IMG/VR virus record: IMGVR_UViG_3300042402_002579 | Coordinates: 1,937 to 65,936 of that record | Strand: one strand, 5' to 3' | DNA length: 64,000 nucleotides | Source of the DNA: a virus | Taxonomy: Duplodnaviria; Caudoviricetes | In this document: positions 28,075 through 36,695 of the stretch, piece by piece | How positions within the stretch are numbered: the stretch's first letter is position 1 | Layout of the letters: the number at the start of each line of letters is the position of its first letter | Notes under the pieces: model-generated | Told to the model about the DNA's origin: nothing | What the model saw: the letters and a program-made list of their open reading frames with translations, nothing else | The model's database searches: none | Translations under genes and position numbers: made by a program

Positions 28075-29499
28075 ATGCCCAACAAAAACAAAATATTCTG
28101 GCTGCAATCAGAAGAAACTCAGCTAGGAAAATGGCAGAAGCAAATAGTCGACGTATCCGGAAGCCCTAGTTTTTGTGTACTACCTTGGATCCATATGGCT
28201 ACTCGTCCAAACGGAGATATGCGAGTATGTTGTGTGGCCAATGCTAGCGGAGCAAGTGACGGCGACTACACAGTTGGTCTTGTTAAGAAAGAAAACGGAC
28301 AACCTGCTAACTTTGGAAAAGATCTTCCTAGCCAGGCATTTAATAATGATTATATGCGTAGCATTAGACAAACCATGCTGGAAGGAAAAGCTCCGGCAAG
28401 TTGTAAGAAATGTTACGAAGAAGAAAGCTCAGGTGTAGTTAGTAAGCGCATTTGGGAAACTGGTACATGGGATAAAAAAGGCATTGACATACCTGCACTC
28501 ATTGCGCAAACAACTGAAGAAGGGCATATTCCTTACAAATTACAATACATAGATTTACGTCTAGGACACACTTGCAATTTAAAATGTATAATGTGCAGTC
28601 CTCATGACAGTAGTAAGTGGGTTGAGGATCATAAAAAAGTATATCCACTATTTCAAAGTCCGCTAATTAAAAAACAATTAAGCTGGAAACAGAATAGTTT
28701 TAACAATCATTGGCACGAAAACCCAGCGTTCTGGGAAGAGATCTACGAACAAATTCCCAACATCAAACAGGTATATTTTGCTGGTGGCGAACCACTGATG
28801 ATTAAAGAGCATAAGATATTCCTACAGGAAATTATAAATCGAGGTTATGCTAACAAAATAGAACTTCGTTATAACAGCAATGGAATTTTGATTGACGAAA
28901 CTATCGTCGAAATATGGAAACAGTTTCGCAAAGTCAAATACGGACTCAGCATAGACGGAATGGGCGACAGATTGCATTACATTCGCTTTCCAACTGATTG
29001 GAATACCATTGTGAAAAATTTGCACATACTAGATAATGCTCCGGATAATATTGAAACTACTATTGCCTGTGCTGTACAGATATTGAATATCAAGCACATT
29101 CCAGACTTTATCAAATGGAAGCTGACTCAGGGATTTAAGAAGATCAATCTGAATGAAAACATTGTTGGCGAAACACATAGTGGGGGCATATTCAGCGCAC
29201 ACCTAGTATGGATTCCAACCTGGCTAAGTTTAAAGGTATTGCCCAAAGAAGATAAAAAAGAAGTACGAAGACTGTTTGAAGAATTAAAAATATGGCTGTG
29301 GGAAAATCACACTCAAGACGCTGACTTTTGGGAAGTGAACTCTTATGGTTGGAAACGCTGGGAAGGACTTTTAAATTGGATGGACAGTGAGGATCACACT
29401 AATTTACTACCTGACTTCCAAGAATATATTACAACAATGGACACACAACGTAAGACAGACTTTAAACAGACGTTTCCTGAATTAGCTCATTTGCTTTAA
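28075..29499 (+). CDS. radical SAM protein with N-terminal twitch-like domain
   Basis: FCVLPW...VCC...CKKC, CNLKCIMC, GGEP, SIDG. Confidence 0.9.
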   Translation: MPNKNKIFWLQSEETQLGKWQKQIVDVSGSPSFCVLPWIHMATRPNGDMRVCCVANASGASDGDYTVGLVKKENGQPANFGKDLPSQAFNNDYMRSIRQTMLEGKAPASCKKCYEEESSGVVSKRIWETGTWDKKGIDIPALIAQTTEEGHIPYKLQYIDLRLGHTCNLKCIMCSPHDSSKWVEDHKKVYPLFQSPLIKKQLSWKQNSFNNHWHENPAFWEEIYEQIPNIKQVYFAGGEPLMIKEHKIFLQEIINRGYANKIELRYNSNGILIDETIVEIWKQFRKVKYGLSIDGMGDRLHYIRFPTDWNTIVKNLHILDNAPDNIETTIACAVQILNIKHIPDFIKWKLTQGFKKINLNENIVGETHSGGIFSAHLVWIPTWLSLKVLPKEDKKEVRRLFEELKIWLWENHTQDADFWEVNSYGWKRWEGLLNWMDSEDHTNLLPDFQEYITTMDTQRKTDFKQTFPELAHLL

Positions 29500-30205
29500 G
29501 AGCCCACTCTCGTTCTTTACACCAAAAACATTCATTACAAACAGGAACATATTGTCCTTGTTTGTAGTTTTGATAATTTATTTCAGTGAACTTTCCCTCA
29601 CAACTTCTTGTAATGTTAAACAGGTCGATAAGATTTAACTCCACATAAGTTTTTACTATCTCGGATTTGTCAACAAATCTAAAAGGATGAAATGCCCAAC
29701 GCCCCATATGTTGCATTGCTTCGAGATGTCCGTTGTTTTCATTCTTTTCAATACTGCGTTCAAGCATACCGTTAAAATTTTCTACTCGAGGATTTCGGGT
29801 CACTCCGTTGTAGTAGGCATCGATGTTGTGTTTATTGCAGATAAATTCTGCATAAGCCCGTTGTTGTATGTTGTCACCACTTACTAGTTTACCGTATTCA
29901 TCTGTTAAACAAGGACCAATATTTCCGTATTCTAGTTCCGGTGCAATAAAGTTTATATGTCTCTCAAATGTAATATTTGAAAATTTCTTAGTCATCCAAT
30001 TATAGATTCTTTCAGAATCGTACTGTTGCCAAGGTTTGGTTTTCCAGCATCTTATGTGACTGATAACGTGAATCTTGATGTGTTCTGCTTTTTGAATCGT
30101 AATGTTATTACATAACAAATAACAAAGCAATGCGCTATCAGCACCACCACTCATACTAATAGCGACACTGTTCCATTTTGCATCAAAGGGTATATTTAGA
30201 CTCAT
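29462..30205 (-). CDS. QueC-like PP-loop ATPase
   Basis: SMSGGADS PP-loop, HPF..DK, TRSC, CNECFWCKER Zn motif; start probably MSLNI. Confidence 0.75.
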   Translation of the reverse strand: MSLNIPFDAKWNSVAISMSGGADSALLCYLLCNNITIQKAEHIKIHVISHIRCWKTKPWQQYDSERIYNWMTKKFSNITFERHINFIAPELEYGNIGPCLTDEYGKLVSGDNIQQRAYAEFICNKHNIDAYYNGVTRNPRVENFNGMLERSIEKNENNGHLEAMQHMGRWAFHPFRFVDKSEIVKTYVELNLIDLFNITRSCEGKFTEINYQNYKQGQYVPVCNECFWCKEREWALKANELIQETSV

Positions 30206-30216
30206 AAATATATTTA
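30205..30216. promoter_or_regulatory. interlocked divergent TAAATA promoters
   Basis: CAT-AAATATATTTA-ATG contains TAAATA on both strands between two start codons. Confidence 0.6.
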
Positions 30217-30897
30217 ATGTTAAAACTTTTGCCAAATAAATTTTCTATAGAACCCATAATAGATCAAGTTTCTTTGCTGGGTTCTTTTAAAAGGTTAGAT
30301 CTCAACGATTCCACGGGAGAGTTTTTTAATGATCCGTGGGAAGTAAAACCAGAATTTAAAAGAACACCCCTAGGTGATGTTCTCGATTCTTTAGGAGCTA
30401 TCGGTCAGGCAAGATTGCTGTGTTTAGAATCAAGAGAAACTTATACTGCTCATTGCGATCCAGATGACAGAATCCATCTTGCAATAGTTACCAATCCTTA
30501 CTCATTCTTAGTTAATATATCTGATAATCAAATGTATCATTTACCAGCAGACGGACAACTATGGCATATGAATACTGACTTTGTCCATGTTGCTGTAAAC
30601 TGGGGCCCAAGAACACGTATTCATTTAAATGTAAGAGTGCTATTACCTAAATATACTGACAAACAAAAAGGACTACGCATAAAGGTAGTTAGCGGAGACT
30701 ACGATTGGAAACAGTTAGCATATACTCCAATTATGGGCACTGTTAACAAGTATATTAAGAACGGTTATATTACTGGCTTCAAAGGAATCAGTGAAAAAGA
30801 AATACTCGTAAATACTGATTTTCCGTCAATATTCGACGAAGCATTCATTCAGATTAAAAATGCCGGGATTACTTTAGAGATCGTACAGTTGACTTGA
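30217..30897 (+). CDS. AspH-like Fe/2OG oxygenase with C-terminal extension
   Basis: ARLL...HCDPDDRIHL...HVAVNWG...RIHL. Confidence 0.75.
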   Translation: MLKLLPNKFSIEPIIDQVSLLGSFKRLDLNDSTGEFFNDPWEVKPEFKRTPLGDVLDSLGAIGQARLLCLESRETYTAHCDPDDRIHLAIVTNPYSFLVNISDNQMYHLPADGQLWHMNTDFVHVAVNWGPRTRIHLNVRVLLPKYTDKQKGLRIKVVSGDYDWKQLAYTPIMGTVNKYIKNGYITGFKGISEKEILVNTDFPSIFDEAFIQIKNAGITLEIVQLT

Positions 30898-31923
30898 ACA
30901 AGATTTAACACAGGTCATACACTTGTTCTCACCTTGCCAATAACTTTCTAACTCTTTCCATAGTCCATCTTGCCCTAACATTTCTTCAATGTTGTTAATG
31001 TGCAAATTGGGCACTCCGATAGCTTGCATCATTTCCTTAGAATTATTTACTGTTATGTTGCGTAGTGTATGCAACAATAGTTTTTCTTCTAACGGTTGTT
31101 CTAACCAGTCACTACCAATGTAACAACAAGGCAACACATTGCCGTGAGGATCAACATAAATTTCTTGTTTAGTTACACATTGCGGTTTAATAATTGATTC
31201 CGATACTATTTTTTTAAAAAATTTATTATCTAAAAAATTCTCTAAGGGTATTTTTACTTCTTGTTTAAAACGTGAAGTTTCTGCAGGATATAAATCATAT
31301 TCGTATTCATCTGATCGATCGAATACAGGAAATGCTGTCATATTGTAAAAGCGTTTAGTGCTTTTGAAGTTTACACTATGTACACCAATATCCAGTAAAA
31401 ACTTTTCTAGTTCATCCACTTCGTGTTCATTATGTTTAAACACTAAACTGTCTACCCTAGCAAGCCCGCCCGCACTAACATAGGCTTTGATATTTTCTAT
31501 GATCTTATCAAAGTCTGTATTGCGTCTGTATAATTCGTGTTTTCCTTTGAATCCATCTACAGCAAAAACAACTTCTCCATTCTTTCCCATCACAGTGGCA
31601 AGGTCCTTCCACCAAGTAGTTTTACGCAAACTACCATTGGTGTGAATTGCTAATCGTGCATTGGGACTTGAATTTCGAACGTGTTCGTATATGTCAAAAC
31701 AGTCTGTAGCAAATACAGGATCTCCATAATTACCACAACTGTAAAAATTATTTACACCTGATAAAAAAGAAACAGGGAACCATTGTTTAAAGTTTGCAAA
31801 TGTGATCTCTGTATTTTTAATAAAGGGACGTTCACTCCCACCGCTATGATTACGAGCACACATAGGACAGGCGGCCTGGCATTTATCAGTTAACTCAATA
31901 TGTATAGCAGAGATAGGATACAT
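30874..31923 (-). CDS. radical SAM protein with SPASM/twitch domain (close paralogue of 10478..11524)
   Basis: LTDKCQAACPMC, CGNYGDP, DGFKGKHELYR, FKHNE, LPCC. Confidence 0.9.
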   Translation of the reverse strand: MYPISAIHIELTDKCQAACPMCARNHSGGSERPFIKNTEITFANFKQWFPVSFLSGVNNFYSCGNYGDPVFATDCFDIYEHVRNSSPNARLAIHTNGSLRKTTWWKDLATVMGKNGEVVFAVDGFKGKHELYRRNTDFDKIIENIKAYVSAGGLARVDSLVFKHNEHEVDELEKFLLDIGVHSVNFKSTKRFYNMTAFPVFDRSDEYEYDLYPAETSRFKQEVKIPLENFLDNKFFKKIVSESIIKPQCVTKQEIYVDPHGNVLPCCYIGSDWLEQPLEEKLLLHTLRNITVNNSKEMMQAIGVPNLHINNIEEMLGQDGLWKELESYWQGENKCMTCVKSCSSQLYDL

Positions 31924-32516
31924 TATTTTTTACCAATAATCATAAATCTTTTATACAAAGGTAAATCTAATTCTCCAGCATAGCATATCTTTTCTAACTG
32001 AGATTGAGATTTAAATTCTTCTAAATCTTGAGCAATTCTTATGTGTTCTGGTATCTGGTAGTTGTTAGATTGTAAAACAATTAGACTATCCATTCTAAGA
32101 CCTCCTAGCCATAGATCATAATCGTCTTGAGATACGTGTTCAAAACTGGTGTTAATCACAACGTCTGCGTCGGACCTAATACTACACATATCAGCAGTTA
32201 CGGCACAGAATCGACCTGCTATTTCTTCTATCTTGTTCATATTAACAGCAATAGACTCGCAGCTAGAATCAATATCGACACTACGAATGTTTATTATAGG
32301 TAGGTCACTTTGAAATAGCATACTAGCTAACACTCCTACCCACCCACCGTGAATGTCTATGGTAACAAACTTGTTGACATTATTGCGTAGATTTGTAATC
32401 AGCCACTCTTTGCTTTTAAGTTGGCCACTCCAAAATGCATCCATAGTACGCATAGGATCAGGACTTTGACGGATGGCCTGCATCCAGTGGTGTAGGTGTT
32501 CGGTATCTATTTGCAT
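31923..32516 (-). CDS. class I SAM-dependent methyltransferase-like protein
   Basis: IHGGWVG, SVDID, ADM, INTSFEH; start probably MQIDT. Confidence 0.7.
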   Translation of the reverse strand: MQIDTEHLHHWMQAIRQSPDPMRTMDAFWSGQLKSKEWLITNLRNNVNKFVTIDIHGGWVGVLASMLFQSDLPIINIRSVDIDSSCESIAVNMNKIEEIAGRFCAVTADMCSIRSDADVVINTSFEHVSQDDYDLWLGGLRMDSLIVLQSNNYQIPEHIRIAQDLEEFKSQSQLEKICYAGELDLPLYKRFMIIGKK

Positions 32517-33481
32517 TTTGGTATTTTGCTGTCTGCCGAACTCACGCAACTAGGAGTAATACAGCGAGTAGGTTCCTTGAATAATTCAAAGCTGTCTAAT
32601 GTGCCTAATGGAACATCGTGACAACTGTAACTGCGTTTGACTTCATTGCCTCTTATTATAACACTTTGATATCCAGCATTGCAAGACCAGTTAGTGAATT
32701 TATTGAAACCAAATGCATTAAATCTTTCAGCCTGATCAAATAAGTGTTCAGTACCGTCTGCTTCGTACAGAGCAATTTGATAAGCATCTTCACCGTTAGC
32801 ACGTTGCGGAAATCCCGTCTGCATCTTGTTTATCATATCTTCAGTATAGCCCGCAACAACTGCACTCGCCGTTGGATTGCTTTGCGGCTTCAATGTAACA
32901 TTAATGCCTCGTTCGTGGAAACGTTCCATTCGGTCATACAGTTCATAAAACTTTTCTGGCACCATTACTTGATTGATTGTAACGTGTACCAGTTCATATT
33001 GTAACTGTAGGCACTTATCGCCAAACTCTTGTTCCTTGGCAAACTCGTCGTGGAAACTGGCAGTAATACTCCTACGCTGTAATAATGCAGTATTGGCACA
33101 CCAAGTGTTCCACCATTTGCTACCTGGACTCAGATTGGTTGTCATATGAATACTTTGGTAAGGACTTTCGGTTTCGTCCAGGTGTTTTATTAATTCTGGT
33201 AACTGTTTGTATGCAGTAGGTTCACCGCCGCTGAACGACCAATGGAACTGGTTAAATCCGTTGGCTCGTGCTTGACGCTTAATTTCGTTTACTGTAGATT
33301 TATATACTTCAAGTGATTGGTGATCCAATTTGTCACTGCGAGCATAAGGCCAACAGTAGCTACAATTATAATTACAAAATCTGCCTAGAATCCAACTGGT
33401 AGAAAATAATGGATTGGCTAGCATAGTACGTTGTCCAAAACGCACAATGTGTTCGAATGGAATTGATTTAAAATTTTGCAT
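32507..33481 (-). CDS. radical SAM protein with twitch domain (paralogue of 25861..26778)
   Basis: CNYNCSYC, GGEP, TTN, WSCNAG...C...CVSSAD. Confidence 0.9.
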   Translation of the reverse strand: MQNFKSIPFEHIVRFGQRTMLANPLFSTSWILGRFCNYNCSYCWPYARSDKLDHQSLEVYKSTVNEIKRQARANGFNQFHWSFSGGEPTAYKQLPELIKHLDETESPYQSIHMTTNLSPGSKWWNTWCANTALLQRRSITASFHDEFAKEQEFGDKCLQLQYELVHVTINQVMVPEKFYELYDRMERFHERGINVTLKPQSNPTASAVVAGYTEDMINKMQTGFPQRANGEDAYQIALYEADGTEHLFDQAERFNAFGFNKFTNWSCNAGYQSVIIRGNEVKRSYSCHDVPLGTLDSFELFKEPTRCITPSCVSSADSKIPKCK

Positions 33482-33512
33482 AATAACGGTAAGTATTTAA
33501 CTGCTAGATCAG

Positions 33513-33540
33513 TTGACATAACTAGATTAGATAGTATAAT
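33513..33540 (+). promoter_or_regulatory. sigma70-type promoter
   Basis: TTGACA-16 nt-TATAAT, with both hexamers matching consensus. Confidence 0.8.
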
Positions 33541-33546
33541 ATACAT

Positions 33547-33657
33547 ATGGTCGTGAGTGGAATAGGCAGACCTCCCGCTAGTCCTATAGACTAGAGTGGG
33601 GACGGGGCAAAGTCGTAGACAGCGCCTTTGTAGGTTCGAAACCTACCGACCATACCA
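33547..33657 (+). ncRNA. non-canonical tRNA-like RNA (111 nt)
   Basis: 7-bp acceptor ATGGTCG/CGACCAT + A + CCA; T-arm GTAGG-TTCGAAA-CCTAC; Leu-like D loop; elongated anticodon-position hairpin and large variable arm. Confidence 0.8.
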
Positions 33658-33720
33658 GTTTTAAGCACCTGCAAGCAAGGGGGCTTATAAGTATTAGAAC
33701 ATAACTATAAGGAAACAATT

Positions 33721-33912
33721 ATGTCAACAACAGTAGAACAACTAAAAGCAGACTTTGAAGCATTCTTGGCAGAGGATGCAAAATTCACAGCTGGCAACGG
33801 TGCAGCAGGAACTCGTGCTCGCAAAGCTCTTCAAGAAGTTGCCAAGGGTGTTAAAGCTCGTCGCAACGAAATCACAGAAGAAAAGAACGCTCGCAAAGAA
33901 GCCAAGGTCTAA
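33721..33912 (+). CDS. histone H1-like (Hc1-family) small basic protein
   Basis: KF..GN.AAGTRARKALQE...R pattern; AAGGA SD. Confidence 0.75.
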   Translation: MSTTVEQLKADFEAFLAEDAKFTAGNGAAGTRARKALQEVAKGVKARRNEITEEKNARKEAKV

Positions 33913-33914
33913 AT

Positions 33915-34427
33915 ATGGACGACAAGGACAGTATCACACTTGATGATATTGAAATTGATCTAAGCAACTATGGTGCTGCCCAATCCAGCACCATGATTGA
34001 TACAATCACAATCACTGGTTTATCAGATCAATATTCTAGTATGAATACTATAACACTGCCCAGTAGTAACACCTTTACTTACGGAAGTGGTGCAACGGTA
34101 GGCGGCATCACTACTATTGGTAATATTAACAGTAATAGTACTTGGGCTACTGGAAATAGCGGATATACTATAAGCAACGGTAACTGGAACACTCCTAATA
34201 CTGTTAGTATCAATAACACTGGCATTGATATGGCAGAGGGCACTGATATTAAAATTGATGGACAGAGTCTAAAAGAGTTCATGAAAAAAATGGAACAGAG
34301 ATTGGCCATCCTAGTGCCTGATCCAAAGAAACTTGAAAAGTTTGAAGCACTTAAAAAAGCCTACGAGCATTATAAGACTATGGAAAGTCTTTGTTTTGAT
34401 GAACCAATCGAAGAACCTGAGCAGTAA
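33915..34427 (+). CDS. hypothetical protein with T/S/N/G-rich low-complexity core
   Basis: 170-aa ORF; C-terminal RLAILVP...LKKAYEHY helices. Confidence 0.75.
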   Translation: MDDKDSITLDDIEIDLSNYGAAQSSTMIDTITITGLSDQYSSMNTITLPSSNTFTYGSGATVGGITTIGNINSNSTWATGNSGYTISNGNWNTPNTVSINNTGIDMAEGTDIKIDGQSLKEFMKKMEQRLAILVPDPKKLEKFEALKKAYEHYKTMESLCFDEPIEEPEQ

Positions 34428-34433
34428 ATAAAC

Positions 34434-35099
34434 ATGAATGTTAAACTTTTATCCTATAGTCAACCAACAGAGGAATTTAGAGATCTGGGCCTCACAGATG
34501 CGCAGGAACTCATTGCGTATTGCGCCCGTGTCAGCAATCCCTCCAATCAGCTCAACACAGACACATCCGAAAAACTCATACGATATCTTGTTAAACACGC
34601 CCACTGGAGCCCACTTGAAATGGTCTCCGCCTGCGTTGAAATTACCACAACCAGAGACATTGCCCGACAGATCCTTAGACACAGAAGTTTTAGTTTCCAA
34701 GAATTTTCTCAACGCTATGCTGACCCAACGAAAGATCTCAATTTCGTTACAAGAGAAGCCAGACTACAAGACTCCAAAAACAGACAGAACAGTGTCGAAG
34801 TGGAAGATCAACTACTACAAAATGAATGGTACCGAGCTCAACAACGAGTCATCTATGCCGCTAAACGAGAATACGAGTGGGCCATTGCTAATGGCATTGC
34901 CAAAGAACAGGCTAGAGCTGTACTGCCAGAAGGGCTTATTGAAAGTCGATTATATATGAATGGTACTCTACGTAGCTGGATTCATTTTATTGAATTGCGC
35001 AGTGCTAACGGTACACAAAAAGAACATCAACTGATTGCAATGGCCTGCGCCAAGGCCATTGCTGCTATATTTCCAATGGGTGAAAGCCTAGTTCAATGA
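34434..35099 (+). CDS. thyX: flavin-dependent thymidylate synthase
   Basis: ARVS, HWSPLE, RHRSFSFQEFSQRY, ARAVLP, TQKEH. Confidence 0.97.
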   Translation: MNVKLLSYSQPTEEFRDLGLTDAQELIAYCARVSNPSNQLNTDTSEKLIRYLVKHAHWSPLEMVSACVEITTTRDIARQILRHRSFSFQEFSQRYADPTKDLNFVTREARLQDSKNRQNSVEVEDQLLQNEWYRAQQRVIYAAKREYEWAIANGIAKEQARAVLPEGLIESRLYMNGTLRSWIHFIELRSANGTQKEHQLIAMACAKAIAAIFPMGESLVQ

Positions 35100-35479
35100 A
35101 AGAAAAAATTGATCAGTTTTGCAGAAACTACGAAATACAAATTGTAGATGATCAAAAACGTAGGGCCAGATACCATCCTCCTAAGTATTTTACAGATCCC
35201 TTGCGAGCAGACGTCATAAGTAGAGACTTTGTAGAATATGAAACAGAAAAAGTATTTACAGTTCAAATACCCGAAAGCCGTTTTCGAGCTCTTGTAGAAA
35301 TGGAACAGAGATTTTTTGGCAATCACACTCACGGATATAGCGATGCTGATATGTTTTCCATGCTTATGGAAAAAGAACGTGAGGAAAGTTGTTATCGCCA
35401 ATCAACTCCTGCTGTCCAAAAAGCCTACGAGCAGTATTCAATTATGTTAAATTTGGCAGGATATCAAAGTAAGTTTTGA
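35096..35479 (+). CDS. hypothetical protein
   Basis: 127-aa ORF coupled (ATGA) to thyX. Confidence 0.75.
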   Translation: MKEKIDQFCRNYEIQIVDDQKRRARYHPPKYFTDPLRADVISRDFVEYETEKVFTVQIPESRFRALVEMEQRFFGNHTHGYSDADMFSMLMEKEREESCYRQSTPAVQKAYEQYSIMLNLAGYQSKF

Positions 35480-35496
35480 TTCAAAAAAGAATCCTC

Positions 35497-35525
35497 TTGA
35501 CATATTTCTAGAAAGATTGTATAAT
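35497..35525 (+). promoter_or_regulatory. sigma70-type promoter
   Basis: TTGACA-17 nt-TATAAT; ATG lies 7 nt downstream. Confidence 0.8.
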
Positions 35526-35532
35526 TACTATT

Positions 35533-36369
35533 ATGGCACAACACACAAACTACTGGAGTTGCACTCCCTTTGCTGATTGGATTCGCGGCACACCTAAGAA
35601 GGGTGCGTTGACCTCAGACGGATGGGCCGAATGGGAAGATGAAGCCAAACGCTATCATCCTGTCCGTTATTGGTTAGCTGAAGAAGGCCTGAGCTACATC
35701 CAAGATTTTGTTACCTGGCCCGTTAGAAAGATCTATGACGTTAAGTATTACATCAATAATCGTTGGGTTAGTCGTACTCACTCTCTTACCGCTCATACTC
35801 GTGACATCAAGCCTGGTGCTTGGTGCGATGTTGGCAATCGGTTCCTGCCATGCCTATTTAATGAGTTGGTGGATTTCGTCGAAATCGAATCCGCTTGGTC
35901 GCACATCGCTTGGGGAGATAAAGAAGCTCGTGCTAAGTATAACCCTCCCTTTTGGGCTAGCGGTTGGTTCCGTTGGCGTACTTGGCGTTGTCCTCAAGCA
36001 GGTATTGATCATTTAGATTGGGCTATGACTCTGACTAACACTGACTGGTGTGAACCAGACGATCCTGAATACGGAAAGCCAACTGGACAGGCTCTTCGTG
36101 CGAAAGAGATCAAAGAACTTTATCTATGGTGGACTGTGACCTATCGTAATCGCCCGGATCCTTATGAGGTCAGCGGTTGGAACGAGTATTGTGAAAAGGC
36201 TCGAGAACTTAACAATGGAAGATTGTTTGGTAGTAAGAGTACCCCTGAGCTTAAAAAACTAAGCAACAAGTCACACAAGCTACTTCAAAAGATCGAAGCG
36301 GCATACGAAAAAGAAGATGAAGCTATGATGATTCGTCTTATCAAAGCTCGAGACAGTCTATGGACTTAA
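35533..36369 (+). CDS. Trp-rich hypothetical phage protein
   Basis: 278-aa ORF ending in ...MIRLIKARDSLWT. Confidence 0.8.
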   Translation: MAQHTNYWSCTPFADWIRGTPKKGALTSDGWAEWEDEAKRYHPVRYWLAEEGLSYIQDFVTWPVRKIYDVKYYINNRWVSRTHSLTAHTRDIKPGAWCDVGNRFLPCLFNELVDFVEIESAWSHIAWGDKEARAKYNPPFWASGWFRWRTWRCPQAGIDHLDWAMTLTNTDWCEPDDPEYGKPTGQALRAKEIKELYLWWTVTYRNRPDPYEVSGWNEYCEKARELNNGRLFGSKSTPELKKLSNKSHKLLQKIEAAYEKEDEAMMIRLIKARDSLWT

Positions 36370-36695
36370 ATCCTCAACCGCCTGCAGAAGGAATCTTAAA
36401 ACGCAGTGACTGGGGTGATGCAATTACCTATCAAGTGGTCTGTGAATGCCAAGATGCCAATCACGATCACAATGTTTGGGTCGAGGCAGATGACGCTCGA
36501 GTCACTGTTACAACCTATACCACACAAAAATCAGAATGGTGGAAGCTCAATCGTTGGCAGACTATTTGGACTTTGTTAACTCGAGGCTATGTCAAATACG
36601 AAGCCAGCATTATTATGACTGAGCAACAGGCTGTTAACTACGCAGAAACTCTAAAGAAAGCAGTAGAAGATGTCAAAAATTTCAAGAAGCCCTGA
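36360..36695 (+). CDS. hypothetical protein
   Basis: 111-aa ORF with CEC...H motif, overlapping within the operon. Confidence 0.75.
   Translation: MDLNPQPPAEGILKRSDWGDAITYQVVCECQDANHDHNVWVEADDARVTVTTYTTQKSEWWKLNRWQTIWTLLTRGYVKYEASIIMTEQQAVNYAETLKKAVEDVKNFKKP

Noticed and set aside
25861-33481. Assigning queE, moaA or nrdG to the shorter radical SAMs
   Set aside because: They lack the family-specific features (QueE-type N-terminal QGEG, MoaA C-terminal GG) and carry twitch-type Cys tails, so only the superfamily call is supported
33547-33657. tmRNA, tRNA-Sec or amber-suppressor tRNA
   Set aside because: Too short and no tag ORF or G3.U70 for tmRNA; no TCA anticodon; the CTA triplet is not centred in a 7-nt loop after U33
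33915-34427. RiPP precursor for the radical SAM island
   Set aside because: T/S/N/G-rich, but outside the island, in a different transcription unit and without a leader/core pattern; no positive evidence
34438-34959. 173-aa alternative-frame ORF inside thyX
   Set aside because: Fully nested in a highly conserved gene, with no recognisable motif or independent signal
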